NCBI RefSeq assembly: GCF_048403405.1
Contig: NZ_CP183129.1
Direction: 5' to 3' (one strand)
Source of the DNA: Escherichia coli
Lineage (GTDB): Bacteria > Pseudomonadota > Gammaproteobacteria > Enterobacterales > Enterobacteriaceae
Length of the DNA stretch: 64,000 nucleotides
Below are positions 19,962 to 35,297 of the stretch, piece after piece. How positions within the stretch are numbered: the stretch's first letter is position 1; each line of letters opens with the position of its first letter. Position numbers and translations under genes: made by a program. The notes below the pieces were generated by a model. The model ran no database searches, had not been told where the DNA came from, and was given only the letters and a program-made list of their open reading frames with translations.

Positions 19962-20315
19962 TCAGCGGCGACGGTTAACGGCAGGCGGTACGCCCCGCCC
20001 AAGCCAGAGATGACAGCTTCCGCCATCATCCGGCGAAACACGATCTATCCAGAAGTTTTCCTCACCGATGGTCAGCGTGTCTCCACGCCGCAGTTGCCGC
20101 ACATCATCAGTCCGGACAAACAGGGACGGGCTGGAGCCTTCAACGCGCACGCCCTGTCCGGCATAGCTGATATTTTCAGGGTCATCAAAAACACCACGTA
20201 TCACAGCACCGGACTGCTCACCGGATGTCATGGTGGCTGACGTTCCCATGTACCCGCGTATCGTTTCATCAGCGCGGGCAATGGCAGCATCGAACAGGTT
20301 ATCGAAATCAGCCAC
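19962..20315 (-). CDS. FII: head-tail joining protein FII
   Basis: 117 aa, lambda FII-like. Confidence 0.9.
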   Translation of the reverse strand: MADFDNLFDAAIARADETIRGYMGTSATMTSGEQSGAVIRGVFDDPENISYAGQGVRVEGSSPSLFVRTDDVRQLRRGDTLTIGEENFWIDRVSPDDGGSCHLWLGRGVPPAVNRRR

Positions 20316-20326
20316 AGCGCCTCCCG

Positions 20327-20725
20327 TTATTGCATTCTGGCCAGGCCACGTTCTGTCATTTCGGCTGCCACACCGGCAGAGACACGAAACGCCGTTCCCG
20401 GCAGCACAAATGCCACAGGTTTATCCCGCGTGGCGTGAAGTGCATCAGTATGCAGCGTCACCAGTGCCACGACCGTGACCAGTTCAGCCGTATCCTGAAT
20501 CACGGTATCCGGCTGCGCTGATACAGCCTCATTTTCATGCCCGGTCAGCACATTTTCCGGGCTGAGAGGGGTGTCCTGACCGGCAGTGTCACCCGTGTCA
20601 TCAAGCTCTTCTTCCAGCTCTGCCACACGGAGCGCCAGTTCTTCTTTCGTCCCCGTCAGGCTGACATCACGGTTCAGTTGTTCACCCAGCGAGCGGAGAC
20701 GGGCAATCAGTTCATCTTTCGTCAT
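20327..20725 (-). CDS. FI: DNA packaging protein FI
   Basis: Start set at MTKDELIARL (internal to the longer ORF). Confidence 0.85.
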   Translation of the reverse strand: MTKDELIARLRSLGEQLNRDVSLTGTKEELALRVAELEEELDDTGDTAGQDTPLSPENVLTGHENEAVSAQPDTVIQDTAELVTVVALVTLHTDALHATRDKPVAFVLPGTAFRVSAGVAAEMTERGLARMQ

Positions 20726-20766
20726 GGACTTCTCCACAGAGAGACAATGGCCCCGAAGGGCCATGA

Positions 20767-21792
20767 TTACGCCAGTTGTACGGACACGAACTCATCAGGA
20801 TCAGCCAGCAGCATCAGCGGTGCTGACTGAATCATGGTGAACTCACGCGCCGGATCGCCGGTGGTCACCCAGTTTTTCGGGTAACGGGCAGAGGCGTTAA
20901 TGCCTTCGCGCTGTGCGTCCGCATCCTGAATGCAGCCATAGGTGCGCAGACCGCGAGCCTGAGTGTTCCCCAGCACCATCGTGTTGTCCGGCAGGAAGTT
21001 CTTTTTGACGCCGTTTTCCACGTACTGTCCGGAATACACGACGATGGCCACATCGCCATACATTCCCTTATAGGACACCGCTTTGCCCAGGTCTTTTACC
21101 GCTGTCTCCAGCTCGGAATGAGAGCCGCGACGGGTATCCAGCTTCTCCTTGACGGCTTTGAAGGAACGGAACAGCGCCCAGCCTTTCGGGTCAAACACGA
21201 TGATATTCACCACACCGCTGGCGTTCAGCGCGTAGGCTTCGATATCGTCGGTCGGGTCATACGTGGACTTGTCACGCTTGCTCCACTCCGTGCCGCCGGA
21301 CTGCGTGATGTTATTCGCCTCACTGCGGCCCATATCCACCTCAACCGGATCGAAGGCTTCACCGGTCATGGTATATTTGCCCTTAAGCACGGCAGAAACT
21401 GCCTGCATCTCTTCGACCTGGGCAATCGCCAGATTTTCATCCAGCATATTCTGCCGAATAATACGGCGACGACGGTAAGCCGGGTCAGCCAGGTTCTGCG
21501 GATCTTCATCCGGCAGGCGACGCAGGGTCATCTGCGGATTCACCTCATGCTTGGGTTTGACATAACCCGGCGTAAATTCAGAGGTGGAGCCGCCACGGGA
21601 TCGGATAACCTCACCGGAAACAATCGGCGAAACGTACAGCGCCATGTTTACCAGTCCCGGAATTTGTGAGAGATAGACTTTTTCCGTGGTGAAAGGATAG
21701 GTTTCACGGAAAAACAGGCGCAGAAACAGCGGATCGAACTTAAAGTGATGCTGGGTCGATGCCAGTAATTCTGCAGTTGTATATACAGACAT
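20767..21792 (-). CDS. E: major capsid protein E
   Basis: 341 aa, lambda E-like. Confidence 0.95.
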   Translation of the reverse strand: MSVYTTAELLASTQHHFKFDPLFLRLFFRETYPFTTEKVYLSQIPGLVNMALYVSPIVSGEVIRSRGGSTSEFTPGYVKPKHEVNPQMTLRRLPDEDPQNLADPAYRRRRIIRQNMLDENLAIAQVEEMQAVSAVLKGKYTMTGEAFDPVEVDMGRSEANNITQSGGTEWSKRDKSTYDPTDDIEAYALNASGVVNIIVFDPKGWALFRSFKAVKEKLDTRRGSHSELETAVKDLGKAVSYKGMYGDVAIVVYSGQYVENGVKKNFLPDNTMVLGNTQARGLRTYGCIQDADAQREGINASARYPKNWVTTGDPAREFTMIQSAPLMLLADPDEFVSVQLA

Positions 21793-21847
21793 AAATTATT
21801 TCCATAAAAAAAGCCGCACAGGCGGCCTTTGTTGATGAAGGGGAAGA

Positions 21848-22180
21848 TTAAACGATGCTGATTGCCGTTCCGGCAAACGCGGTCCGTTTTTTCGTCTCGT
21901 CGCTGGCAGCCTCCGGCCAGAGCACATCCTCATAACGGAACGTGCCGGACTTGTAGAACGTCAGTGTGGTGCTGGTCTGGTCAACAGCAACCGCCAGAAT
22001 GCCAACGGCTGCACCGTCGGTGGTGCCATCCCACACAACCAGCTTACGGGTAGTGCCATCCAGCATCAGTGGGGTCATTGCAGGCGTTTTCGCACTCAAT
22101 CCGCCAGGCGCAATTGCTGTATGAGCCGGATCACTGTTACCCAGCGGCTGGTAATGGTTAAACTCTTCTTTTGTCGCCAT
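21848..22180 (-). CDS. D: head decoration protein D
   Basis: 110 aa, lambda D-like. Confidence 0.95.
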   Translation of the reverse strand: MATKEEFNHYQPLGNSDPAHTAIAPGGLSAKTPAMTPLMLDGTTRKLVVWDGTTDGAAVGILAVAVDQTSTTLTFYKSGTFRYEDVLWPEAASDETKKRTAFAGTAISIV

Positions 22181-22189
22181 AACTGCCTC

Positions 22190-23501
22190 TTATACCGGTA
22201 AAGCTTCAGGTGTATTAAGTAATTCTTTATTGGTATCAGATGCCAGGTTACCTGCAGCCAGCGGTGCCGCTGCACCCTGCATCAGACGATCCAGCGCAGT
22301 GTCACTGCGCGCCTGTGCACTCTGTGGTGCTGCGGCCAGAATGCGGCGGGCCGTTTCCACGGTCATTCCGGGGGTTTCTGCCAGAACGCGCGCCTGTTCT
22401 TCGCGTCCGTGAGCCTCCTCACAGTTGAGGATCCCCATAATGCGGCTGTTTTCTGCCGCAACCGCTGCGGTGATCTGTGCGTTCACATCCGGCTGCGCCG
22501 CGCTGGCGTTTTCGCCCTCCTTCGCAGGCTCCACGGTGGTGATGTCAGCCTGCGAAGCAGTGGCTGAAACAGTTGTTGATTGAGTCTCTTTGGTCATTCG
22601 CCCTCCTGAGAGACGGGATTTACGTGCATCCAGTGCATCACGCATGACGGTGATCGCATCGGTGCTGTTAACAAGTTCATCAGCCAGTCCGGCATCAATG
22701 GCCTCCTGACCGCTGTACACTGCAGCCTCGGTATCCAGCACAGCCTGCACAGACAGGCCGGTATATGCCGACACCTTCTGCGCAAACATCTGGCGGGTTG
22801 CATCCATCCGGGACTGCAGTGTTTCCCGGACGTCATCCGGAAGATGGCTGTAGGGGTTGCCATCCACCTTATGGCTGCCGCTGTAAATCAGCGTGATTTC
22901 CACGCCCTGTTTCTCCAGCGCAGCACCGTAATTGCTGTGAGCCATCATGACGCCGATGGAGCCTGTCCGGGCGGTCTGCGTGACCAGGCGCCGGGAAGCG
23001 GCACTGGCAAGCAACTGACCTGCACTGCAGTTCATGTCGTTGGCAAGCGCCCATACCGGTTTTATGTCACGCACACGGGCGATGATGTCAGCGCAGTCAA
23101 ATGCCCCCGCCACCATCCCGCCGGGCGTGTCCATATCGAGCAGAATGCCGTCCACCATCGGATCGCTGGCAGCCTGTTGCAGACGGGCGATAATGCCGTT
23201 GTAACCGGTCATCCCCGAATACGGCTGCAGCGCCCGCGTCCGGCTGACCAGCGTGCCGGAAACCGGCAGCACGGCGATGCCGTTCATGACCTGATAACTG
23301 CGGGCCTGTCGTGGCCCGCCATCATCACCGGATAACGCCAGCGTCGCGGGTGCCTCTCCGGCAGCCAAGCTGTCACCGGACACCGCATCCGTCAGGCGGC
23401 TGATCCCAAGCTGACCTGCAAGTGCACAAAAGAAAACCCGCGCATAGGCGGGTTCAAGCATCAGCGGCTCATTAAAGGCCATGCTGGCAATATGCGGGAG
23501 A

Positions 23502-23521
<20 letters not shown>
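22190..23521 (-). CDS. C: prohead protease/scaffold C (with in-frame Nu3 region)
   Basis: Lambda C-like from (V/M)TAELRNLPHIASMAF; probable GTG start at 23519-23521. Confidence 0.85.
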
Positions 23522-27202
<3,681 letters not shown>

Positions 27203-27228
<26 letters not shown>

Positions 27229-27748
27229 TCAGCAACCCCGGTATCAGTTCATCCAGCGCGGCTGCTTTGTTCATGGCTTTGATGATATCCCGTTTCAGGA
27301 AATCAACATGTCGGTTTTCCAGTTCCGGAAAACGCCGCTGCACCGACAGGGGGATCCCGTCGAGAATACTGGCAATTTCACCTGCGATCCGCGACAGCAC
27401 GAAAGTACAGAATGCGGTTTCCACCACTTCAGCGGAGTCTCTGGCATTTTTCAGCTCCTGTGCGTCGGCCTGCGCACGCGTAAGTCGATGGCGTTCGTAC
27501 TCAATAGTCCCTGGCTGGAGATCTGTCTCGCTGGCCTGCCGCAGTTCTTCAACTTCCCGGCGCAGCTTTTCGTTCTCAATTTCAGCATCCCTTTCGGCAT
27601 ACCATTTTATGACGGCGGCAGAGTCATAAAGCACCTCATTACCCTTGCCACCGCCTCGCAGAACGGGCATTCCCTGTTCCTGCCAGTTCTGAATGGTACG
27701 GATACTCGCACCGAAAATGTCAGCCAGCTGCTTTTTGTTGACTTCCAT
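27203..27748 (-). CDS. Nu1: terminase small subunit Nu1
   Basis: 181 aa, MEVNKKQLADIFGASIRTIQNWQEQGMP... Confidence 0.95.
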
Positions 27749-27925
27749 TGTTCATTCCACGGACAAAAACAGAGAAAGGAAACGACAGAGGCCAAAAAGC
27801 TCGCTTTCAGCACCTGTCGTTTCCTTTCTTTTCAGAGGGTATTTTAAATAAAAACATTAAGTTATGACGAAGAAGAACGGAAACGCCTTAAACCGGAAAA
27901 TTTTCATAAATAGCGAAAACCCGCG

Positions 27926-27937
27926 AGGTCGCCGCCC
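27926..27937 (-). other. cos site (cosN 12-nt cohesive end GGGCGGCGACCT on the minus strand), cosB region toward Nu1
   Basis: Plus-strand aggtcgccgccc, preceded by ...cgaaaacccgcg, matching the lambda left end in reverse complement. Confidence 0.85.
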
Positions 27938-28136
27938 CGTAACCTGTCGGATCGCCGGAAAGGACCCGAAAAATGATAATAATTATCATCTACATATCAC
28001 AACGTGCGTGTACGCCATCAAACCACGTCAAATAATCAATTATGACGCAGGTATCGTATTAATTGATCCGCATCAACTTAACGTAAAAACAACTTCAGAC
28101 AATACAAATCAGCAACACAGAATACGGGACAACCTC

Positions 28137-28331
28137 ATGTCAACGAAGAACAGAACCCGCAGAACAACAACCCGCAACATCCGCTTTCCTAACCAAATGA
28201 TTGAACAAATTAACATCGCTCTTGATCAAAAAGGGTCCGGGAATTTCTCAGCCTGGGTCATTGAAGCCTGCCGTCGGAGACTAACGTCAGAAAAGAGAGC
28301 ATATACATCAATCAAAAGTGATGAAGAATGA
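28137..28331 (+). CDS. hypothetical small protein, possible ribbon-helix-helix fold
   Basis: 64 aa MSTKNRTRRTTTRNIRFPNQMIEQINIALDQKGSGNFSAWVIEACRRRL...; beta-alpha-alpha pattern; the upstream in-frame extension crosses cosN and is rejected. Confidence 0.4.
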   Translation: MSTKNRTRRTTTRNIRFPNQMIEQINIALDQKGSGNFSAWVIEACRRRLTSEKRAYTSIKSDEE

Positions 28332-28581
28332 ATATCCCGGTTTCTTTACCTCCCCTCCCACCCCGCACAGGACTGGCGAGCGTGTGGGACAAATATGTGA
28401 GTCATAAACGCCTTATCCTCAGAAATGCAGTTGGCATCCGAACAGGACGATATTGTAAATTCACCTAATTACGAGGCATTGCAGTAGTTGAATTGTAGTT
28501 CTGTATTAGCCTGACAGTGACAGAATGCGATATTGACTCTGTCACAGGTGAAATAGTTTGAATGGTTAGCAGTTATGGTGA

Positions 28582-28788
28582 TCAGTCAACCACCAAGGAA
28601 TAATCCTTCGAATTCTTATCGTGCTTCACCAACGCTGCCTCAATTGCCCTGAATGCTTCCAGAGACACTTGATGTTCTATACATGCAATTACAACATCCG
28701 GGTAACCCATCGAAATGGTGCTATTAAGCATAGTTTTTACACGAATCTGCTCCTGGGAGGGGGCATCAGTGTATTGATCTTTATGCAT
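28582..28788 (-). CDS. hypothetical protein (68 aa)
   Basis: ORF only; cos-proximal late-region gene. Confidence 0.35.
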   Translation of the reverse strand: MHKDQYTDAPSQEQIRVKTMLNSTISMGYPDVVIACIEHQVSLEAFRAIEAALVKHDKNSKDYSLVVD

Positions 28789-29083
28789 TTTGTCGCTCCA
28801 TGCGTTTGCTCTTCACTTGCGGCTAAAAATATAACGTCAAATCACTCAGCATGAAAGAGTGAAAGTTTCAGCGCGTTTCCCTTACATAATCTGTCATTTG
28901 TATTCTCTTCAGGCATACCGGAAAGACTAGGTATTGTCACACAACCAATACCATCGACAATCGAGATTTATATCTATTCGGTAATGTTTAAATATAACAA
29001 AACCCCGTAAAAACGAGGTTTATGGGTAATTTGTATTGTTGAATAGCATCTGATGAGAAATTGATGCTAATACTATAAACATA

Positions 29084-29257
29084 CTAGATTAAATCAATCT
29101 TGATATCATAGCTTTCAAGACCAGTCATTTTTTCCCGTGCAGTAAACTGGATACTGGTAACTTCTTTCCCGGTCTTTTTCTTAAGCTCAATGATTTTTTT
29201 TGTTATATATTCAGAAATATCTGCTTCTGTTTTTGTTTTTAACTCTTCAATGTTCAT
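29084..29257 (-). CDS. GnsA/GnsB-family protein
   Basis: 57 aa from MNIEELKTKTEADISEYITKKIIELKKKTGKEV...REKMTGLESYDIKIDLI. Confidence 0.6.
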   Translation of the reverse strand: MNIEELKTKTEADISEYITKKIIELKKKTGKEVTSIQFTAREKMTGLESYDIKIDLI

Positions 29258-29429
29258 CATTTCCTCTTTTAGTCTGTTATGACTTTCCTGGTACACAGTA
29301 GTGTCAATTATATGGAGCAAACGTATAAAAGATAAGATGAAACATCGCAATAATCAACATACGACGGTCTAAATTTCACACAAACAGATAAAGATGATTA
29401 TCATTTATTATCAATGCATTAGAATCAAA

Positions 29430-29660
29430 TCAATTCAAGAGTCTCATTGCTGCTTCCAGAATTTCTTCTGAAGTTACATGTCGATCCGCTGCTACATAAA
29501 TGACTTTATGATCTCCGGTCAGAGATGGAAACCCTGCAGCCATTACAGTGAGGTGTGTTGTTTCGCCATTTGGATATTCACGCATGATGGTGTTAACTCC
29601 GGTCATCACTGGCACTACCATTGCTGGTTCAGAGTTAAAAAAAACTATTATTTTTTTCAT
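29430..29660 (-). CDS. hypothetical protein (76 aa)
   Basis: ORF only, start chosen at MKKIIVFF. Confidence 0.35.
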   Translation of the reverse strand: MKKIIVFFNSEPAMVVPVMTGVNTIMREYPNGETTHLTVMAAGFPSLTGDHKVIYVAADRHVTSEEILEAAMRLLN

Positions 29661-29931
29661 AATGTTACCGTAATATGTGAGTATCCATCGACTAGACACT
29701 AAGCAAAAAAGCTCCCGAAGGAGCCTTCATTTTCACTTTCTTAAATCTAACGACAGACGGCTAACATTTAAGTATTGTGAAATATTATCAAATGTAATCA
29801 TCATTGATTTACAAAAGATACATTTTGCCCCGAAAGGATTCCTGTCAGAAACATCAAAAGATGATGTTCTATACTGAGAACCATGGCAACACGGGCATCT
29901 AAAGTGAATATGGTTTGTAATATTTTCTACC

Positions 29932-30144
29932 TCAAAGTGCCACTACATGAACAGCCGCGGGGCCTTTAGGTCCGTTCTCAATACCAAATTCGACTTCCTG
30001 ATTCTCAGTTAACGTTTTGAAATCGTTGCTCTGAATAGCTGAGAAATGGACAAACACATCTTTGCTACCATCTTTCGGCGTGATGAAACCAAAACCTTTT
30101 TCAGGGTTAAACCATTTCACTAAACCAGTCATTTTGTTAGACAT
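29932..30144 (-). CDS. cold-shock protein (CspA family, CspI-like)
   Basis: [23 protein letters not shown]...; RNP motifs. Confidence 0.9.
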   Translation of the reverse strand: MSNKMTGLVKWFNPEKGFGFITPKDGSKDVFVHFSAIQSNDFKTLTENQEVEFGIENGPKGPAAVHVVAL

Positions 30145-30508
30145 CATTATTACCTTTTGAAGAAGTTAGCCCTTGGGCAGAATGGTCCGAAAAAAAAATA
30201 TCAGAGAGAAAAACCAACAAGGAAATCTCAAGAGGTACAAATAATAAATTTATAACAATGACTGCTTCAGATAATTTTGTAACAAACCAGAACACCATTA
30301 ACGCATGATTAACCAACCATAGCAAGGATTACTTTTGTAAAGAAAAACACACGAATGAAACAATAGCTTTATTTATTAATAAAACGTGTCATTCTGTCTA
30401 ATGACCTTTTATCTTACCCTTAAGATTTCAAGGATTTTGACTCATGGAAGAGTCCTTTTTATTTAAATTTCACATTCAGCGCTAAAAATAATCCGATTTA
30501 ATATTAAT

Positions 30509-31536
<1,028 letters not shown>

Positions 31537-31649
31537 GGATATTTATCAGGATTTATCGGCTTCAAATCCCTGGATATGTTAAATCTTACCTCACCAGTGA
31601 TGGGCACTGGCGGGAGGAGGATGTCAATCTGATAAACACAGAGGTGACT

Positions 31650-31910
31650 ATGGATTACACAAATCTACCAAAACAAACTTTTGCTGATTTAATCGCACTC
31701 AGGCAAGCAGTCGTAGCCCTAATCAACTTGTTGCCGGAGAAGGAAAAGGAATTAGTTAAAGCGCTTCTTAACAGAACTGCCGCCGATTTTTCATCATATC
31801 CACTGACAGATGACCTTGCGGACCTTCCTGAATTAATTGCAGCGTCCGCCATTAAGCTTACTGAAGAGATTTACCCTCCTCAAAAATCTTCACAAAATTC
31901 CTGCGAGTAA
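31650..31910 (+). CDS. possible antisense-oriented hypothetical protein (86 aa)
   Basis: Strong RBS gaggtg 5 nt before the ATG; lies in the R/ydfR-like intergenic region on the opposite strand. Confidence 0.25.
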   Translation: MDYTNLPKQTFADLIALRQAVVALINLLPEKEKELVKALLNRTAADFSSYPLTDDLADLPELIAASAIKLTEEIYPPQKSSQNSCE

Positions 31911-32409
31911 CTTCAATGCAATAATCGTAAAACGCCGCAAACTGCTCATCGCGGCGTTTTTTTTCATCTTCAGAAGGAATCAGCACCGACAATTTTTTAT
32001 TCAGATCAGCGACGCTGCCCTCCAGTTTTTCAATGGGCGATTCAATATCATCTTTTTCTGACCGCAATGCCGTCGGTGGCGTCTTCAGAGAACCAGTAAT
32101 TCTTCCCGGTAGCTTTCCTTTGTAGGTTATCCACACATTCTGCGCCTCTAAAATTATGGGGCGCTTTTCCGGCGACTGCTCATCCCCTTCACATAACCCG
32201 GCTGCAACTTCCAGGAAGACCTGTCTGATGCTCCTTCTGGCTGCTGCCTCATAAAACTCCAGCGCGGCACCTTCAACACGGTCCAGCGAGATGTCCAGGT
32301 CAAAAATTTCACCGTCAAAGCGTTTTTTGTCCCTTAATGCTACAGTTACCGCAACTTTATTCTCAAAATTGCGGATCCCTTTCACAATCAGTTCATAGTT
32401 TTGTGTCAT
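31858..32409 (-). CDS. hypothetical protein, YdfR-like, between holin and endolysin
   Basis: 183 aa from MTQNYELIVKGIRNFENK...; same position as ydfR in Qin. Confidence 0.45.
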   Translation of the reverse strand: MTQNYELIVKGIRNFENKVAVTVALRDKKRFDGEIFDLDISLDRVEGAALEFYEAAARRSIRQVFLEVAAGLCEGDEQSPEKRPIILEAQNVWITYKGKLPGRITGSLKTPPTALRSEKDDIESPIEKLEGSVADLNKKLSVLIPSEDEKKRRDEQFAAFYDYCIEVTRRNFVKIFEEGKSLQ

Positions 32410-32413
32410 TGAA

Positions 32414-32629
32414 TTACTCTCCCCGTGCAACCTTACGCTTGTCTTCTTTAATCTTGAAATAAAGGTTTGTCAGGTACGTCAGCAAGCCAAATACCAGACT
32501 ACCCAGCACACCGATTGCAGCCCACTGTGACGGAGTTACTTTATCGAGTAACTGCAATGCCCAGAAACCAGCATTACCAGCCGATGTGCCATAGGCGATA
32601 CCTGTTGTTAACTTATCCATTGATTTCAT
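32414..32629 (-). CDS. S: pinholin (phage 21 S-like holin)
   Basis: 71 aa [31 protein letters not shown]..., two TM segments, paired with a SAR endolysin. Confidence 0.85.
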   Translation of the reverse strand: MKSMDKLTTGIAYGTSAGNAGFWALQLLDKVTPSQWAAIGVLGSLVFGLLTYLTNLYFKIKEDKRKVARGE

Positions 32630-32847
32630 ATCCTCACCCCGATGTACACAGATGGTGCAATATGTTTGAAAAGATCGGAGTCTATGGGGTAGTTTTTATA
32701 GCAAACGTTGTTCTCAACGGCGCTAAAAAACAGACACATTAAAAATGTGGGTAATTATTTTAAAAGAAAATCATATGTTAAATAATAATACGAGATATGT
32801 TTTCATATTTAGTGTACTGTATACGGCCATTTATACAGGAAAAGCCT

Positions 32848-33018
32848 ATGTCAGAACGTAAAGACTCAAAATCACGCCGTAATTATCTCGTTAAATGTTC
32901 CTGCCCAAACTGCACCCAAGAGTCAGAACACAGTTTTTCAAGAATACAAAAAGGTGCCCTTTTGATCTGCCCTCATTGCAACAAAGTATTCCAGACAAAT
33001 CTTAAAGCTGTAGCTTGA
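32848..33018 (+). CDS. YnfN-like small Cys-rich protein
   Basis: 56 aa MSERKDSKSRRNYLVKCSCPNCTQ...CPHCNK; CxC...CxxC zinc-ribbon-like. Confidence 0.5.
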   Translation: MSERKDSKSRRNYLVKCSCPNCTQESEHSFSRIQKGALLICPHCNKVFQTNLKAVA

Positions 33019-33075
33019 TTGATTTTATTCGTAACAAGTATTTTTTATATTTTAATAACATATTTAAAGCAGATA

Positions 33076-33097
33076 ATAAAAAACCCGCCTGAGCGGG
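33076..33097 (-). terminator. intrinsic terminator downstream of the cspB-like gene
   Basis: Hairpin cccgcctgagcggg with U-run on the minus strand. Confidence 0.4.
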
Positions 33098-33381
33098 TTT
33101 AATATTGTGGTACTTTTTGTGGGAGTCATCCACTTACGCACTTTGTTTTGCTATGCCAGCAGTTAGCTTCTGCTGTAAAACTATTCATGCAGCAAACCTG
33201 CACTTCACCACAATGGTTAGCATACTTTTCCTGATTAAGTTATTGCCAAATATGCTGGCCATTGTTTCATGTATTGGACCTCCTTACTATTTATTAAAGA
33301 GATCCAATATTCACCACTCTGTCTGTATCTCCACTCAGGCATCAGCCTTCTTCGTTATCGTATACAGACAAACTATGAATT

Positions 33382-33597
33382 TTAATCAGTAATTATGACA
33401 TTTGCTGCTGCAGGACCTTTAGCACCACTCTCTACAGAGAAGGTAACCTTTTGACCTTCAAATAAGGTTCGATAATTATCATTCTGAATCGCAGAAAAAT
33501 GCACAAACACATCTTTACTACCATCAACAGGAGAAATAAAGCCAAAACCTTTATCAGCGTTAAACCATTTTACTAAACCAGTCATTTTATTTGACAT
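33382..33597 (-). CDS. cold-shock protein (CspB/CspI-like)
   Basis: 71 aa [23 protein letters not shown]... Confidence 0.9.
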   Translation of the reverse strand: MSNKMTGLVKWFNADKGFGFISPVDGSKDVFVHFSAIQNDNYRTLFEGQKVTFSVESGAKGPAAANVIITD

Positions 33598-33896
33598 TCT
33601 ACATTCCTTAACTTGAGCCTTTCGGCATAAATGGCTTGTATAACAGAAACGACTTCGTACTTAATTGGAGAGACTCAAAGAAGGAATAAGTGAATAACAC
33701 CTGAAATGAGAACTGCTTTAGTAAACTACTTCGTATATCGTCTGTTCTTCAAACCGACGCAATCATTAACGCATAGTTGAACATATGAAGCAATGTTTAT
33801 TTTAGACATCCAGCCATCTTCAACCCCATCAAAAAACTATAGCTTTCTTCAGGAACGTGTGTATAGTGCGCCAAGTTATCAGTATTAAGGAATTTT

Positions 33897-34109
33897 TTGT
33901 CCCGTAAAATGACAGGAATTCTCAAAACCTTTGACGGCAAAAGCGGCAAAGGTCTTATAACCCCATCCGATGGTCGTATCGATGTCCAGCTTCATGTTTC
34001 AGCGCTCAATCTCCGCGATGCAGAAGAAATTACCACCGGATTACGCGTGGAATTTTGCCGGATAAATGGTCTGCGTGGACCATCAGCTGCCAATGTTTAC
34101 CTTTCATGA
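33897..34109 (+). CDS. cold-shock-like protein (CspF/CspH-like)
   Basis: 70 aa [23 protein letters not shown]... Confidence 0.85.
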   Translation: MSRKMTGILKTFDGKSGKGLITPSDGRIDVQLHVSALNLRDAEEITTGLRVEFCRINGLRGPSAANVYLS

Positions 34110-34404
34110 GCTATATTAAAGCTTTAACTTCAAGCCCCATCGAATCAAACATGGAGAGTTTTCATGAATAAACCCGTCTGTCTTGATGACTGGTTGATTG
34201 GCTTTAAAAGCTTATGCTGTACTTTGACCTTAATAGCTCTGCTAATAATGTAATAAGCAAACTCATTGTATCTATGGACATTGTACTGGAAGAAAACATT
34301 TTAAACATCAGGCAAAAAACAAAGTCACCCGATAAATAATAAGTAAACTAACATGAATCCCGTAATGAGATTCAACATCTCTATTACCCTATTTAAAGCA
34401 CAAA

Positions 34405-34430
34405 AACCCGCTCATCAGCGGGTTTTCTAC
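34405..34430 (-). terminator. tR'-like intrinsic terminator of the short late-leader transcript
   Basis: Hairpin cccgctgatgagcggg followed by tttttg on the minus strand, about 45 nt downstream of the PR'-like promoter. Confidence 0.5.
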
Positions 34431-34471
34431 TTTTTCTTAACTTCGGGTATACAAAGCCCATCGTTGAAAAA

Positions 34472-34500
34472 ATTTTATCCATATTTTTTGAAAAATGCAA
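34472..34500 (-). promoter_or_regulatory. late promoter PR'-like (-35 TTGCAT, 17-nt spacer, -10 TAAAAT) with presumed qut region
   Basis: Read on the minus strand immediately downstream of the Q stop. Confidence 0.5.
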
Positions 34501-34531
34501 GCATCACGTCGCCATCTTCGGCGAAAATCAC

Positions 34532-35284
34532 TTATCTCGTCACCTTTCTCAATTGTGCTTCAGCGTAAGATTCCTCCTGCCAGCACTTTGTAACCAGTTT
34601 ATCAATGACATTTGCATATCCTTTATACCACTGATAATCACTCAGGTCCGGTACCAGCTTCTGGACATGATACCGCGCCAGTGTGGTTGGTAAACGACTA
34701 AACCGTTTTCCATTGCAACGCCCACAAATCTTATAAACAGGTGTGCCATGAAGCCGGGTCCTTTTTTCATCCAGGACAATACCTTTACCCTTACACCCTC
34801 TGCACGCTGTGCTGACTTCTCCCTTACCATGGCAATGCTGACATAGTTCCTTCACCCACTCTTCTTTGATAACAGATTCCCCGCTTCTGGAGTGTTTCAC
34901 CACTTCGCGCAATACATTATGAAATCCAGTACCAGCACAATGCTCACAACGAGCCTTACTTGCCGCAGACCTGGAATAATCAGCAAAGGCAAAATTCACA
35001 AGGTAAGGAATAATCTGTAGCCGGGTTTCTTCACTCAATTTATTCAATGTCGGGTTATCCAGTGCCATCGCGTAATTGAGCAGACCTTCAATCGCAAACT
35101 GAGGATCCTGAACACCAACTTTTGCCAGGAATAAGGCAAACCCAAGCGGTGCTTTCGATTGCACCATCCCCTGCGCAGCCATCACATCCGTAATCGTTAA
35201 ACCACCAGAGCCTGTCGCCGGTGCGTCATCACTCAATTTTGGAGATTTTGGGGAGTAATATTTTGGTAAGGCTTCAAGGTTCAT
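34532..35284 (-). CDS. Q: late antiterminator Q (phage 82/Qin QuuQ-like)
   Basis: 250 aa with multiple CxxC zinc-binding motifs, upstream of the late promoter. Confidence 0.8.
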   Translation of the reverse strand: MNLEALPKYYSPKSPKLSDDAPATGSGGLTITDVMAAQGMVQSKAPLGFALFLAKVGVQDPQFAIEGLLNYAMALDNPTLNKLSEETRLQIIPYLVNFAFADYSRSAASKARCEHCAGTGFHNVLREVVKHSRSGESVIKEEWVKELCQHCHGKGEVSTACRGCKGKGIVLDEKRTRLHGTPVYKICGRCNGKRFSRLPTTLARYHVQKLVPDLSDYQWYKGYANVIDKLVTKCWQEESYAEAQLRKVTR

Positions 35285-35297
35285 GCTCGTTCTCCAC

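Noticed and set aside
27864-28331. Full 155-aa ORF spanning the cos site
   Set aside because: The upstream portion crosses cosN and cosB, which are cut during packaging; only the 3' part from ATG 28137 is kept as a candidate gene.
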